From an uncultured delta proteobacterium (lineage in GTDB: Bacteria > Myxococcota_A > Polyangia > Polyangiales > Polyangiaceae): a stretch of DNA of 64,000 nt. This document shows positions 31,908 to 40,866 of the stretch, one piece after another. Made by a program: the position numbers and the translations under genes. The notes beneath the pieces were generated by a model. That model was not told where the DNA came from, did no database searches, and saw only the letters and a program-made list of their open reading frames with translations. The stretch is taken from contig CAVQUB010000020.1 in the NCBI GenBank assembly GCA_963716725.1, forward strand, positions 1 through 64,000, given 5' to 3'. Within the stretch, counting starts at the first letter, position 1, and each line of letters starts with the position of its first letter.

Positions 31908-32456
31908 CTATTTCCCAGGCGGTAACTTTTGCAGCTTCCGCTGGAGCGACCGCCGGTGAAGCCCGAGCCGGCGGGCGGCCTCCGAGATATTGCCCCCAGT
32001 ATCGGTGAGAATGCGCTGGATGTGCTCCCACTCCGCTCGAGCGAGTGAAGGAGCCGCCGCGTCTCCGGAGCTGGTCGACGGTGGTGCTCGACCCCGATCG
32101 AAGGCCGCCAGGATATCGTCTGCGTCTGCGGGTTTTGGCAAAAAGTAGACGGCGCCGAGGCGGACCGCATCGATGGCGGTGGCGATGCTGCCGTACCCGG
32201 TGAGGATCAGCACCTCCGTATGCGGTTCGATTCGCTTGAGCTCGGTCAGGAGTTCGAGGCCGCCGCGCCCGGGCATGCGCAGATCGACGACGCAGAGTTC
32301 TGGGGCTTCGGCCTCAGCGAGCCTTACCGCCGCGTCGAAGCCGCCGGCTCCGCGGGCGTCGAAGCCGCGATCGGCAAAGGCGCGGACGAGGCGCTTCTGG
32401 AGCACCTCGTCATCGTCCACTACGAGAATTGTCTGGCGTTCAACACCGTCGGTCAT
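31908..32456 (-). CDS. regA: RegA/PrrA/ActR-type response regulator
   Basis: LTGYGSIATAIDAVRLGA, PSLARAEWEHIQRIL...NISEAARRLGLHRRSLQRKL. Confidence 0.92.
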   Translation of the reverse strand: MTDGVERQTILVVDDDEVLQKRLVRAFADRGFDARGAGGFDAAVRLAEAEAPELCVVDLRMPGRGGLELLTELKRIEPHTEVLILTGYGSIATAIDAVRLGAVYFLPKPADADDILAAFDRGRAPPSTSSGDAAAPSLARAEWEHIQRILTDTGGNISEAARRLGLHRRSLQRKLQKLPPGK

Positions 32457-33742
32457 GTTCCGATCTCCATGCTCACGGTCGTGCCCTGCCCCGGCTCCGA
32501 GCGCAGTGTCAACTCCCCGCCGAGCTGCTCGGCGATGTTGGCGGCCAAGAACAGGCCGAGGCCCATGCCCTTGCCCGGCTGCTTGGTCGAGTAGAAGGGG
32601 TCCAGGGCCCTCGCCGCCACTTCCGGCGACATGCCGCACCCGTCGTCCGTCACCAGCAGGCGCAGGCGCCCTTCGCGGAGCTCTGCGTCGACCTGCACGC
32701 TTCCCGACGGGCCGACGGCGTCGAGCGCGTTCTCCACGACGCTCTTGAGCGCTCGGCTCAAGAGACGCGGGTGGGTAAAAATCTCGCGATCGCCGAGCCC
32801 ATCTTCGAAGGCCAGGCTGATGCGGGCGTCGTCACCCAGCGTCTTCTTCAAGTTCGTCAGCAGCTCTCCGACCCGCGTTGCGGTCGGCGGCTCGCCTCTA
32901 GCTTGCCCAGCGTCGACCGCGAGCTCCGACAGGATCTCACTGCAGCGTCCCACCTCGCTGCGAATCAAGCGCGCATCTTCCCCCGCTGGCGTCTCGGACA
33001 GCGCGCGCTCGAGCTCCTTGGCGACCACCGCGATGGTCGCCAGTGGCGATGCAAGCTCGTGGGCTGCGCCCGCCGCCAGAGCCGCGAGCCCCGCGAGTTG
33101 CTCCTGCCGCGCGGTACGTTCGCGGGCGAGCCGCAGCTCGCCTTCCCGCTCCGCGAGCGCGCGCTTCAGCCGGTCGAGGAAGTAGACGATGAACGCGGCC
33201 GCCACGCCGAGGGCCACCCACATGCCCTTCAGGTGCATGCCGTAGTGGCCCATTGCGGCGTGGTCGTGCCCTCCCATCTCGAGGGGGACATGGCCTTGAA
33301 ACAACGCGGCAGAGCACGCCAAGGTGAGCGCCACCAGCGCCCAAGTGTGACGCTGGCCGACGGCCAGCGCCGCTAGAGACAGGTGGACGAGGTACAGCGA
33401 GCTGAAGGGATTGGTGGGACCGCCCGTCAGGTACAGGAGCCCGGTGAAGAGCAGCAGATCGATGGCGATGAGCCCGGAGAGGTGACGCTCTCTCACCGTG
33501 ATCCGCCTGCGATGCCACTGGCTGCACGCGACGTTGGTGAGCACTTCGACGGCGACGATGGCCGCGAGCGGCGCCAGGGGGAGCGGAACGCCCATCGCGA
33601 ACTCGACGCCGAGAATCGTCGCGACCTGGCCGATGACGCTCGCCCAACGCAGCTTGACCAACCAGCCGAGATTCAACCGGTTCACCTCGATGGAATCGAC
33701 GCTAGCCGGAGGGCGGACCGCACTCGCCGCGGGGGTCTGCAT
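32453..33742 (-). CDS. regB: RegB/PrrB-type sensor histidine kinase
   Basis: LRW, LLYLTGGPTNPF, AAGAAHELASPLATI, DDGCG, GMGLGL. Confidence 0.92.
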   Translation of the reverse strand: MQTPAASAVRPPASVDSIEVNRLNLGWLVKLRWASVIGQVATILGVEFAMGVPLPLAPLAAIVAVEVLTNVACSQWHRRRITVRERHLSGLIAIDLLLFTGLLYLTGGPTNPFSSLYLVHLSLAALAVGQRHTWALVALTLACSAALFQGHVPLEMGGHDHAAMGHYGMHLKGMWVALGVAAAFIVYFLDRLKRALAEREGELRLARERTARQEQLAGLAALAAGAAHELASPLATIAVVAKELERALSETPAGEDARLIRSEVGRCSEILSELAVDAGQARGEPPTATRVGELLTNLKKTLGDDARISLAFEDGLGDREIFTHPRLLSRALKSVVENALDAVGPSGSVQVDAELREGRLRLLVTDDGCGMSPEVAARALDPFYSTKQPGKGMGLGLFLAANIAEQLGGELTLRSEPGQGTTVSMEIGT

Positions 33743-33851
33743 GCAGCGCGACGAGTACCACCGCGAGGCGCGCTTGTCAGGTCGCGACGCGGTGCGGTAG
33801 CAGGGCAATCACCCGACTCGACTCGCCGCTGTGGCAGTGGGCGCGAGTGAC

Positions 33852-34358
33852 CTAGTGCCGCGCGGCTGAAGTTCGAGTGGATTCGCGCCTGAGACCCGCG
33901 CTCATTTGGGCTCTCACAGGAAGGGCGGAAGAGCGGAAGGATTGGGGGGGGTCAGGCGTGAGCCCCCGCAGGCCATTTCTGAGCGCGGTCACGTTGAAGT
34001 TGACGAGCAGGCCGACAGGCAACTGCGAAAGGCGCAGATAGGTGATGACCTGCGCTTCGTGAATCGGGAGCAGCCGCTCGACCGCCCCGAGCTCCAGGAG
34101 GATATGATCTGGAAGCGACCAGGTCGAGGCGATAGGCGCAGTCAAGGTGCACGCCTTTTTGGCGGATTGGTAGCGGATTGGTAGCGGTCGCTGCCGCTCG
34201 AACCTGAGCCGTCGTTCGGACAGCTCGGCAGATAGACAGGCCTCGTATGCGGATTCCATCTGCCCTGGACCGAGATGCCGATGCACCTCGATCAGCGCAC
34301 CGATCACCTCGTCCGTCCCCTCCCCAAATCTTCCGAGCTTTCGCCCTTCCTGTGCCAT
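33852..34358 (-). pseudogene. GxxExxY protein (PD-(D/E)xK-like), disrupted
   Basis: VIGALIEVHRHLGPGQMESAYEACL...HEAQVITYLRLS...GLLVNFN. An internal 11-bp tandem duplication moves KGVHLDCAYRLDL out of frame, and ELK reads ELG. Confidence 0.85.
33915..34354. mobile_element. Candidate mini-element bounded by 33-bp imperfect inverted repeats, carrying the GxxExxY gene
   Basis: 33915-33947 CACAGGAAGGGCGGAAGAGCGGAAGGATTGGGG versus the reverse complement of 34322-34354 CACAGGAAGGGCGAAAGCTCGGAAGATTTGGGG (28/33 identical). Confidence 0.6.
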
Positions 34359-34646
34359 CCCCGTGCGAGCGGAACCGTCGGACGACCACCGTGCGCTCGG
34401 CCCGCGAACGCGCTGTAGTCGATCATGTCACCCCACTACGCCGACGACACGCACACGGAAAAGAAGCCAGCGAAACTTCTGCCGCGCGGTACTAGCCGAC
34501 CGCGCCGTAGTCGCGCTTGGCCACCTCACCAATCTGCGAGCCGCGCGACGACCGGCCCAGCCCGGAGAGATCTCGCATGATCTGCGCAGCGGCGCTGTGA
34601 CGTCGCGCTCGCGAGCGTTGCACAGGTTTCGGCGATAGCGCATCCT

Positions 34647-35831
34647 GTGGCAATGAACAGAACCTGGCCGGGGCTCGGTGTTGCGGCGGCCTGCTCGATT
34701 TCCCTCGCCTGTGGCAGTAGCGACGACGGCGGCGGGACAGCCGGCGGCGGCGGTGCCACCGGTGGTGCGACCTCGGGCGGTTCGGGCGGCGTCGGCAACG
34801 GCGGAGGCTGGGCCGGCGGCGGTGGAACAGCGGGCGCGGGCGGGACCACCAGCGGCGGCGGGACCACCAGCGGCGGCGGGACCACCAGCGGCGGCGGGAC
34901 CACCAGCGGCGGCGGGACCACCAGCGGCGGCGGGACCACCAGCGGCGGCGGGACCACCAGCGGCGGCGGGACCACCAGCGGCGGCGGGACCACCAGCGGC
35001 GGCGGGACCACCAGCGGCGGCGGGACCACCAGCGGCGGCGGCAGCGGAGGCAGCGCGGCGACCCCCACCTGTCTCGCGGCGGCGGCCGGAGCGTACTGCG
35101 GCAACGACATGATGAAGAACGCCAACGCGAACACCTTGTATCAGTGCCCGGGAGCGAACCAGGCCCCGACGAGCAGCACGCCCTGCCCGAACGGCTGTGT
35201 CGTCGAAGCGGCGGGCACGGCGGATCACTGCAAGACCGCGACCTCGCCGGGGGGCTACAAGCTGCCGTGGAAGTCCGGCGTCAGCATGCAGCTCACCCAA
35301 GACTGCAACGACGCGTGCTGCAACGATCACGTCGGCGACGCTAAGTACGCTTGGGACTTTGCCAACGGAACCGCGTTCACGGTCGTCGCCGCTCGCGGCG
35401 GCACCATCACCCACTTGAAGATCAACTCCACTTCGGGCTGCGGTACGAGCTCGTGCGCCAATCAGGCCAACTTCATCGTCATCGATCACGGCGACGGCAC
35501 CCACGCGACGTACCTGCACCTGGGCGGGATGACGCTGTCCTCGGGCATCACCTGCGGCGCCAAGGTGCAGCAAGGCCAGGCGCTGGCCAAGGCCGGCACC
35601 ACGGGTTGGTCCACGGCGCTCCACCTTCACTTCCAGGTCTCCAAGGTTCACCCGGGCGCCCCGACCTGCGAGTGCGGCAGCGCGGGCACCGGCTGCGGCG
35701 CCGGCACGGTGCCGTGGGGAAGTTTCTGGTCGTCGGCCGCCTACCCGACGCTCGCAATGCAGTTCGACGAGTGGCCGGCGACAACTAGTTGCAAGAACCG
35801 CCGGATCCCGATGCCGGCGTCGCAGAACTGA
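34647..35831 (+). CDS. M23 family metallopeptidase lipoprotein with Gly/Thr/Ser linker and Cys-rich domain
   Basis: Lipobox SLA-C; H...YAWDF, VVAARGG, IDHGDG...YLHL, GTTGWSTALHLHF. Confidence 0.88.
   Translation: MAMNRTWPGLGVAAACSISLACGSSDDGGGTAGGGGATGGATSGGSGGVGNGGGWAGGGGTAGAGGTTSGGGTTSGGGTTSGGGTTSGGGTTSGGGTTSGGGTTSGGGTTSGGGTTSGGGTTSGGGTTSGGGSGGSAATPTCLAAAAGAYCGNDMMKNANANTLYQCPGANQAPTSSTPCPNGCVVEAAGTADHCKTATSPGGYKLPWKSGVSMQLTQDCNDACCNDHVGDAKYAWDFANGTAFTVVAARGGTITHLKINSTSGCGTSSCANQANFIVIDHGDGTHATYLHLGGMTLSSGITCGAKVQQGQALAKAGTTGWSTALHLHFQVSKVHPGAPTCECGSAGTGCGAGTVPWGSFWSSAAYPTLAMQFDEWPATTSCKNRRIPMPASQN
34842..35039 (+). repeat. Perfect 18-bp tandem repeat x11 (GGGACCACCAGCGGCGGC, encodes GTTSGG)
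   Basis: Counted directly: 11 identical units. Confidence 0.95.
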
Positions 35832-36879
35832 CCGGCCGGAATCGCTTGGACAGCCGCAAGAACGGCCCCTCGACGTATCGGTACGAGAGCGCGGCGACGC
35901 CGATGCTGGCCGCCGCTGCCACCACGAACACGACCAGCGCCTCGGCGCCGGGCAGGAGCCACTTGGTCGCCGTGATGACGGACACGTGCAGCAGGTAGAT
36001 GCCGTAGCTCACCTCTCCGATGAAACGCGGAACACTTGCGTCGAGCGGCAGCGCAAGCCCGTGATCTTCACGGACCACGACGGCACCGACCACGAGCACC
36101 ATCAGCAAGTGGATCGAGAGTAGCGGTGCGTCGCCGGCGATGGCAGCCAGCAGGCCGAGCAGCAGCAGCGGCGAGCTCGCCTTCGAGCCCAGGACCGGCG
36201 ACAGCCATCGGAAGCTCGTCTCGCGGTGCAGCGCGATGGCGAGCAGCGAGCCGAGGCAGATCGGGGCCGATAGACTGGTGGCGATCTGCACGAAGATCGC
36301 GCTCGATCCGAACAGGAGCCCGTTCTCCGTGGCCAAGTCGAGGCAGAAGAACCCCGCCATCAGCGCTGCCGGAAGCTTCCATCCGCGGGTCAGCGCCACG
36401 AGCGGCGGCCACAGCGCGTAGAACTGCGCCTCGGTGGCCAGCGACCACGAGAATCCGAAGACCACCGGATGCGACACGGCGTAATCGACGAACCAATTCC
36501 CGGTGTAGGTCGCGTAGAAGGGCAAGCTGCGGACGAAGTGATCTCGGATCGGCGCGTCGTCCATCAAGAGCGCCGCACGCAGCGCGTAGATCGCGAGCAC
36601 TGCGTAGTACAGAGGCAGGATGCGCAGCGCGCGCCGGGCGAAGAACGGCCCCAGCGCGATGCGCTGGTTCTGCTCGCGTTCGCGCAGGAGCAGCGTGGTG
36701 ATCAGGAAGCCGCTGATGGCGAAGAACAGATGGACACCGAGGGGCCCTCGGCCCAGCAAGCCCTCGAGCGGTCGCTGCGTCGAGTGATGCCAGACGACCG
36801 GGAGAATACTGACGAAGCGCAGGCCATCCAGCGACGGGAAGCGCGCCCGGCCACGAAACGTCGCATGCGCCGGGTCCAC
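35785..36879 (-). CDS. Acyltransferase family 3 (OafA-like)
   Basis: SLDGLR, GVHLFFAISGFLIT, RRALRILPLYY, WSLATEAQFY, IGEVSYGIYLLH, SYRYVE. Confidence 0.92.
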   Translation of the reverse strand: MDPAHATFRGRARFPSLDGLRFVSILPVVWHHSTQRPLEGLLGRGPLGVHLFFAISGFLITTLLLREREQNQRIALGPFFARRALRILPLYYAVLAIYALRAALLMDDAPIRDHFVRSLPFYATYTGNWFVDYAVSHPVVFGFSWSLATEAQFYALWPPLVALTRGWKLPAALMAGFFCLDLATENGLLFGSSAIFVQIATSLSAPICLGSLLAIALHRETSFRWLSPVLGSKASSPLLLLGLLAAIAGDAPLLSIHLLMVLVVGAVVVREDHGLALPLDASVPRFIGEVSYGIYLLHVSVITATKWLLPGAEALVVFVVAAAASIGVAALSYRYVEGPFLRLSKRFRPVSSATPASGSGGSCN

Positions 36880-36894
36880 CTTCGCCTCGACGAT

Positions 36895-38013
36895 TCAGCG
36901 GGAGCGGGGCGAGAGCCAATCGATCATCGGCTGCCACACTTCGCGCGGCGCGGCCGAACCGGCCACCACACCCACGTGTCCACCCGACACGGGAACCAGG
37001 GTCTTGTCCGAGGAGGCAACCAGATCGACGATGGCCTCCGTTGCCTGCGGCGTGGCGATGTTGTCACTCTTGCCGGCGAAGGCCAGAATCGGCTGCGTCA
37101 CCGCGCCGAGATCGCAGGGTTTGTCGCCGAAAGAGAGCCCGCCGACGATCAGCCGGTTGCCGCTGACCACCTCGCGAACCATCTGTTTGAACGCCTCCTT
37201 GGGATAGGGGATCAGGTCGTTGACCCAGGTGTTCACCGCGTCGAAGGAGCGCACGAAGTCTTCGTCGTCGAGGTTCGCGACGAAGTCGCCCCACTTGGTC
37301 AGGGCTCGGGCCCCGCTCATCAGCTTGAAGCCGAACGACGAGACCTTGCCCGGGACGTTCCCGATCAGGTTCATCAAGGGACCTATGCCCAACGCGCCGA
37401 TGCGCGAGGCGAGATAGGCCGCCCGCATCTTGGTGAAGTTCACCGGTGCACCAATGGTCACGATGTTTCGGACGCGGGCGTCGTGATGGGTCGCTGCGTG
37501 CATTAGGCAGAAGATGCCGCCCATGCAGTAGCCCGAGAGGGAGACGCCGGGGGCGCCCGAGGTCGACAGCACGGCATCGACACAGGCTGGGACATAGTCG
37601 AGCACGTAGTCGTCGAGCCGCACTCGCTCGTCTTCGTGGTCGGGCACGCCGAAGTCGACGACAAACACGTCAAACCCCGCGTTCCGAAGCGTGCGCACCA
37701 TGCTGTGCTCGGGGCGCAGGTCGTACACGTAGGGACGGACCATCAGCGGGGGGATCAGCATCAGCGGCGTGCGGTGGCGCTCAAAGGCGATCTGATGAAC
37801 CTCGGAACCGAGTTCGTACTCGACGTCGCGGATCGGACGGATGCGCGACAGCTCGAGCTTGCCTTTCGAAAACACCACGTCGCGGGCGGCGCCATGTCGT
37901 CCGGGCCTCGCCGCGCCCTCCGTGGCGTATACGAAGCCGTTCACCGCCGAGAGCACGGCACGATCCGCGAGCTTGCGAGCTCCTCGACTCAAACTTTGGC
38001 GCTTCGATGCCAT
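36895..38013 (-). CDS. phaC: PhaC class III-like alpha/beta hydrolase (PHA synthase-like)
   Basis: TPLMLIPPL...YVYDLRPEHS, DVFVVDFG, GYCMGG (Cys nucleophile box), DNI, GGHVG. Confidence 0.75.
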   Translation of the reverse strand: MASKRQSLSRGARKLADRAVLSAVNGFVYATEGAARPGRHGAARDVVFSKGKLELSRIRPIRDVEYELGSEVHQIAFERHRTPLMLIPPLMVRPYVYDLRPEHSMVRTLRNAGFDVFVVDFGVPDHEDERVRLDDYVLDYVPACVDAVLSTSGAPGVSLSGYCMGGIFCLMHAATHHDARVRNIVTIGAPVNFTKMRAAYLASRIGALGIGPLMNLIGNVPGKVSSFGFKLMSGARALTKWGDFVANLDDEDFVRSFDAVNTWVNDLIPYPKEAFKQMVREVVSGNRLIVGGLSFGDKPCDLGAVTQPILAFAGKSDNIATPQATEAIVDLVASSDKTLVPVSGGHVGVVAGSAAPREVWQPMIDWLSPRSR

Positions 38014-38024
38014 GGTCGAGGCTC

Positions 38025-38735
38025 TCACTCGAAGAGCGGCGGCGGGCCGGCGTCGCTGGCCGGCAGCGGCGCCGAAGCCGCGGGGGGCGGCGTCGCCGCT
38101 GGTGCCGGGTAGGTCGCCATCAGCGCCAGCGAGTAGTATTTGCGCTGGTGGTTCAGCGTCGCCCACTCCGGGGCCGAGAGTGCGCGCTTGACGCAGGCGG
38201 CCGCCTTGCGCGCCGCCGGCCCCCGCCAGGAGCCGCTCTGCCCGGGAAAGACGTGGATCTTGCGCACCCTGAAATCGACGGTCAGCACGTAGTTGATGCT
38301 GCCCTCTTTCGCGATCTTGGGAGCGCAGTCGACGTTGTCGCGGATGGCGCGCGTCAGCTGTTCTTCGAAGAAAGGCAGGCGATCGCAGAGGCTGCCTTCT
38401 TGTCCGCCACGCGCCGACGCTCCGCACTTCACCCGCTGCACGCTGCCGAGTTTCACGCGCTCCGGTCCGCCGCCCGCGTCGAGCGTCAGGGGCAGCGGCA
38501 GCTCCGAATCGGAGTTCGCCCCCCCGGCATCCGACGCCAACCCGGCATCCACAGGCGCGTTTTCGGTGCCGCTCGGTCGCCTCCACAGGTACAGCGGCAC
38601 CGCCAGCAGCACGAGCCCCACGATCAGGGCGACGATCAGCTGTGCGCGGAGGGGGCGGTCGCCTCCTCCACCACTGCCGCCCACGCCGAGGCGCCGCATG
38701 CTGGGCTCGCTGGGGAGGGAGGGGCGACTTTGCAC
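38025..38735 (-). CDS. Hypothetical single-TM protein
   Basis: TM segment LIVALIVGLVLLAVPLYLW followed by a Cys-containing extracytoplasmic domain; coupled to its neighbours. Confidence 0.65.
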   Translation of the reverse strand: MQSRPSLPSEPSMRRLGVGGSGGGGDRPLRAQLIVALIVGLVLLAVPLYLWRRPSGTENAPVDAGLASDAGGANSDSELPLPLTLDAGGGPERVKLGSVQRVKCGASARGGQEGSLCDRLPFFEEQLTRAIRDNVDCAPKIAKEGSINYVLTVDFRVRKIHVFPGQSGSWRGPAARKAAACVKRALSAPEWATLNHQRKYYSLALMATYPAPAATPPPAASAPLPASDAGPPPLFE

Positions 38736-38765
38736 TCTATACTCGCCCGCTCGGGCTGCACCGGC

Positions 38766-40459
38766 TCACGAATCGAGGAGAGACTCGACGGGTTGCCCCG
38801 GTTCGCACTTCACCAGTGTTGCAGCCAGGTCGAGGGACTCGGGCATCAAACCTTGCACCTGAGAAACCACCTGCTCCACGACGTGGCGCGCTTCGTCCAC
38901 GTTGGGGCCCGTCATGGCAACGGCGAATCGCAGAGGCCCGTTGAGACCCGCGGTGACCGGAACCACGCTGAGCAAGAGCATCTCGGTGAGCTCGATCACG
39001 CGCTGAGCCGCGCGGCGCAGCGCGAGCATCTCGAGAATGGTCGGGCGATCGCTCACGTGTCGATTGGGTCCCCGCACGTGATAGCGGGCGACCGTCAGCG
39101 GCACGCCGTCCCACTCGGCAAACGCGGCGTCGTCTTTGAGGGTGCGGAGCAGGTGCTCTTGCCGGAGAAGCCCCGTCAGTCCGTCGCGCCGATCGAGGTA
39201 ACCTTTGGCGCGCTGGTGCGGCGGTGAGCCCTCTTGGAAGCTCACCAACTTGAGTCGGCACTCGCCGAGCTGCACCTCAGCGCCGTGCAGGAGCGCCACG
39301 CTCTTCTTGCGATCGAAGCTGTGGTCGGCGTAGGTCCCGTTGGTGCTGCCGGCGTCTTCGACCACCCATGAACCGGCCTGCCAGCGCACGGCAGCATGCG
39401 CCCCGGAGACGGTGGCCTCGGGCAATAGCAGGTCCTGGTTGTTGCGGCGACCGAGGGTCATCAGCGGCTTGTCCAGGGAGAACAGCAGGCCGGCTGATTC
39501 GCTGGCATTGGTCGCAAAGGTGAGCATCAGCGCCTGCGCGCCGGGCATGAAGGACTCTGCGGTCTGCCGCCCGAGCGGCGCTCCGGGGTTGAGTCGCTCG
39601 CGGGGGATCTGAACCTGGCTGGTGGTCAGCGCCGTCGGATTGAAGAAGCGCATGTGCCGCGCCTGCGGGCGCATGTTCGGCTCGTCCGCGAGACAGCGAA
39701 AGACCTGCTTGACCTCGTCGACGCTGAGCCCGGCGGGCACGTCGAACATGATCTGCGTGCGCATGGGCTTGGCGCGGGGCCGGTACCCGGGCTCCGGTAC
39801 GCGACAGGTCCACATTTCCCAGAGCGTCAGGCCAAGCGCATACATGTCGTCGTCTGGGCTGGCGCCTCCGGATCGCAAGCGCTCCGGCGCCATGTAGTTC
39901 GGAGTGCCGCCGTCCGGTGGAGCGCCGGGGCGACGCGCGCTCAGCCGAGCGCGCTCCTGCGCGAAGCCAAAGTCCAGGATAATGGCGCGGTCATTGGTGA
40001 CCATCACGTTGCCGGGCTTGAGATCACCGTGGACCAGACCCTGGGCGTGGATCGCCGCCAGTCCGGCGCAAGCCTCGCTGGCGATCTTCCGGAACTCGTC
40101 CGACGTGTAGCCCCCTGGGCCTTCCGCCTCCGGATGTGGGTATGCAGCGTCTGACCGGCGATCTGCTCCATCACCAGAATCGGCCCCCACGGGCTCGGCG
40201 CCAGATCGTGCACGCGACAGACGTTCGGATGACTCACCGAGCGGGCGAGCAGCAGCTCTTGTCGCAGCGCCTCGTCGTCACCGGGCATGCGCGACTCTTC
40301 GCGCACGACCTTGAGCGCCACCGGCTGCTGAGTGCTGCGATCGTAGGCGAGGAACACCTCGCCCATGCCGCCTTTGCCGAGGCTCTGCCGGATTTCGTAG
40401 CGGTCATTGACCACTGAGCCTTGCCCGATAGGCGGCACGTTACGGGGGGACTGGGACAT
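38766..40459 (-). CDS. Ser/Thr kinase with FHA domain and degenerate GGDEF-like domain (frameshift near 40115)
   Basis: LGKGGMGEVF, HGDLKPGN, DFG, GTPNYMAPE; FHA motifs LGR...VSGAHA...DAGSTNGT; then RRDGLTGL with no GGDEF signature. Confidence 0.88.
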
Positions 40460-40629
40460 GCGACGCCTGGGCTCGCCCCGCGAGCACCGGCGCTAGCGTC
40501 CTCGATTTGCCTCGCTGATTCAATTGCCCATCGCTCCTCCATCGTCGAAAGCTTGCGAAACCCGCCCTGGCGCGCCCGGCGCCGGCACCCGGGAAGGCGT
40601 TTACCCGGCCGGCAACGACGTGTTAGTAC

Positions 40630-40802
40630 CCGCGTGGAGTCGGCAAAAAGCCGGCTCCACGTCGTTGGCCAAGGGAAGCCGGTGTGATGCCGGCGCGGCC
40701 CCCGCCACTGTGACCGGGAACGACCGCGAGCGCAGCCACTGGGCGAAGAGCCCGGGAAGGGCTCGCGGAAGGCTGAACCGGAAGTCAGGAAACCTGCCCT
40801 CG
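40630..40802 (+). promoter_or_regulatory. Cobalamin (B12) riboswitch
   Basis: AAGGGAAGCCGGTG...CCGGCGCGGCCCCCGCCACTGTGA, GCCACTGGG...CCGGGAAGG, and B12 box AAGTCAGGAAACCTGCC. Confidence 0.92.
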
Positions 40803-40866
40803 ACGCGCCGTTAAACCCCGCTTCTCGCGAAGCGTTGCGACCCGGAGGGGGTCGCGTCCGGAGAGA

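Noticed and set aside
34842..35039. Regular repeat array as a possible CRISPR
   Set aside because: The units are directly adjacent with no spacers, lie in frame inside a CDS, and no cas genes are present.
36895..38586. 563-aa extended PhaC
   Set aside because: The extension overlaps the real 38025-38735 gene in another frame; the likely start is ATG 38013.
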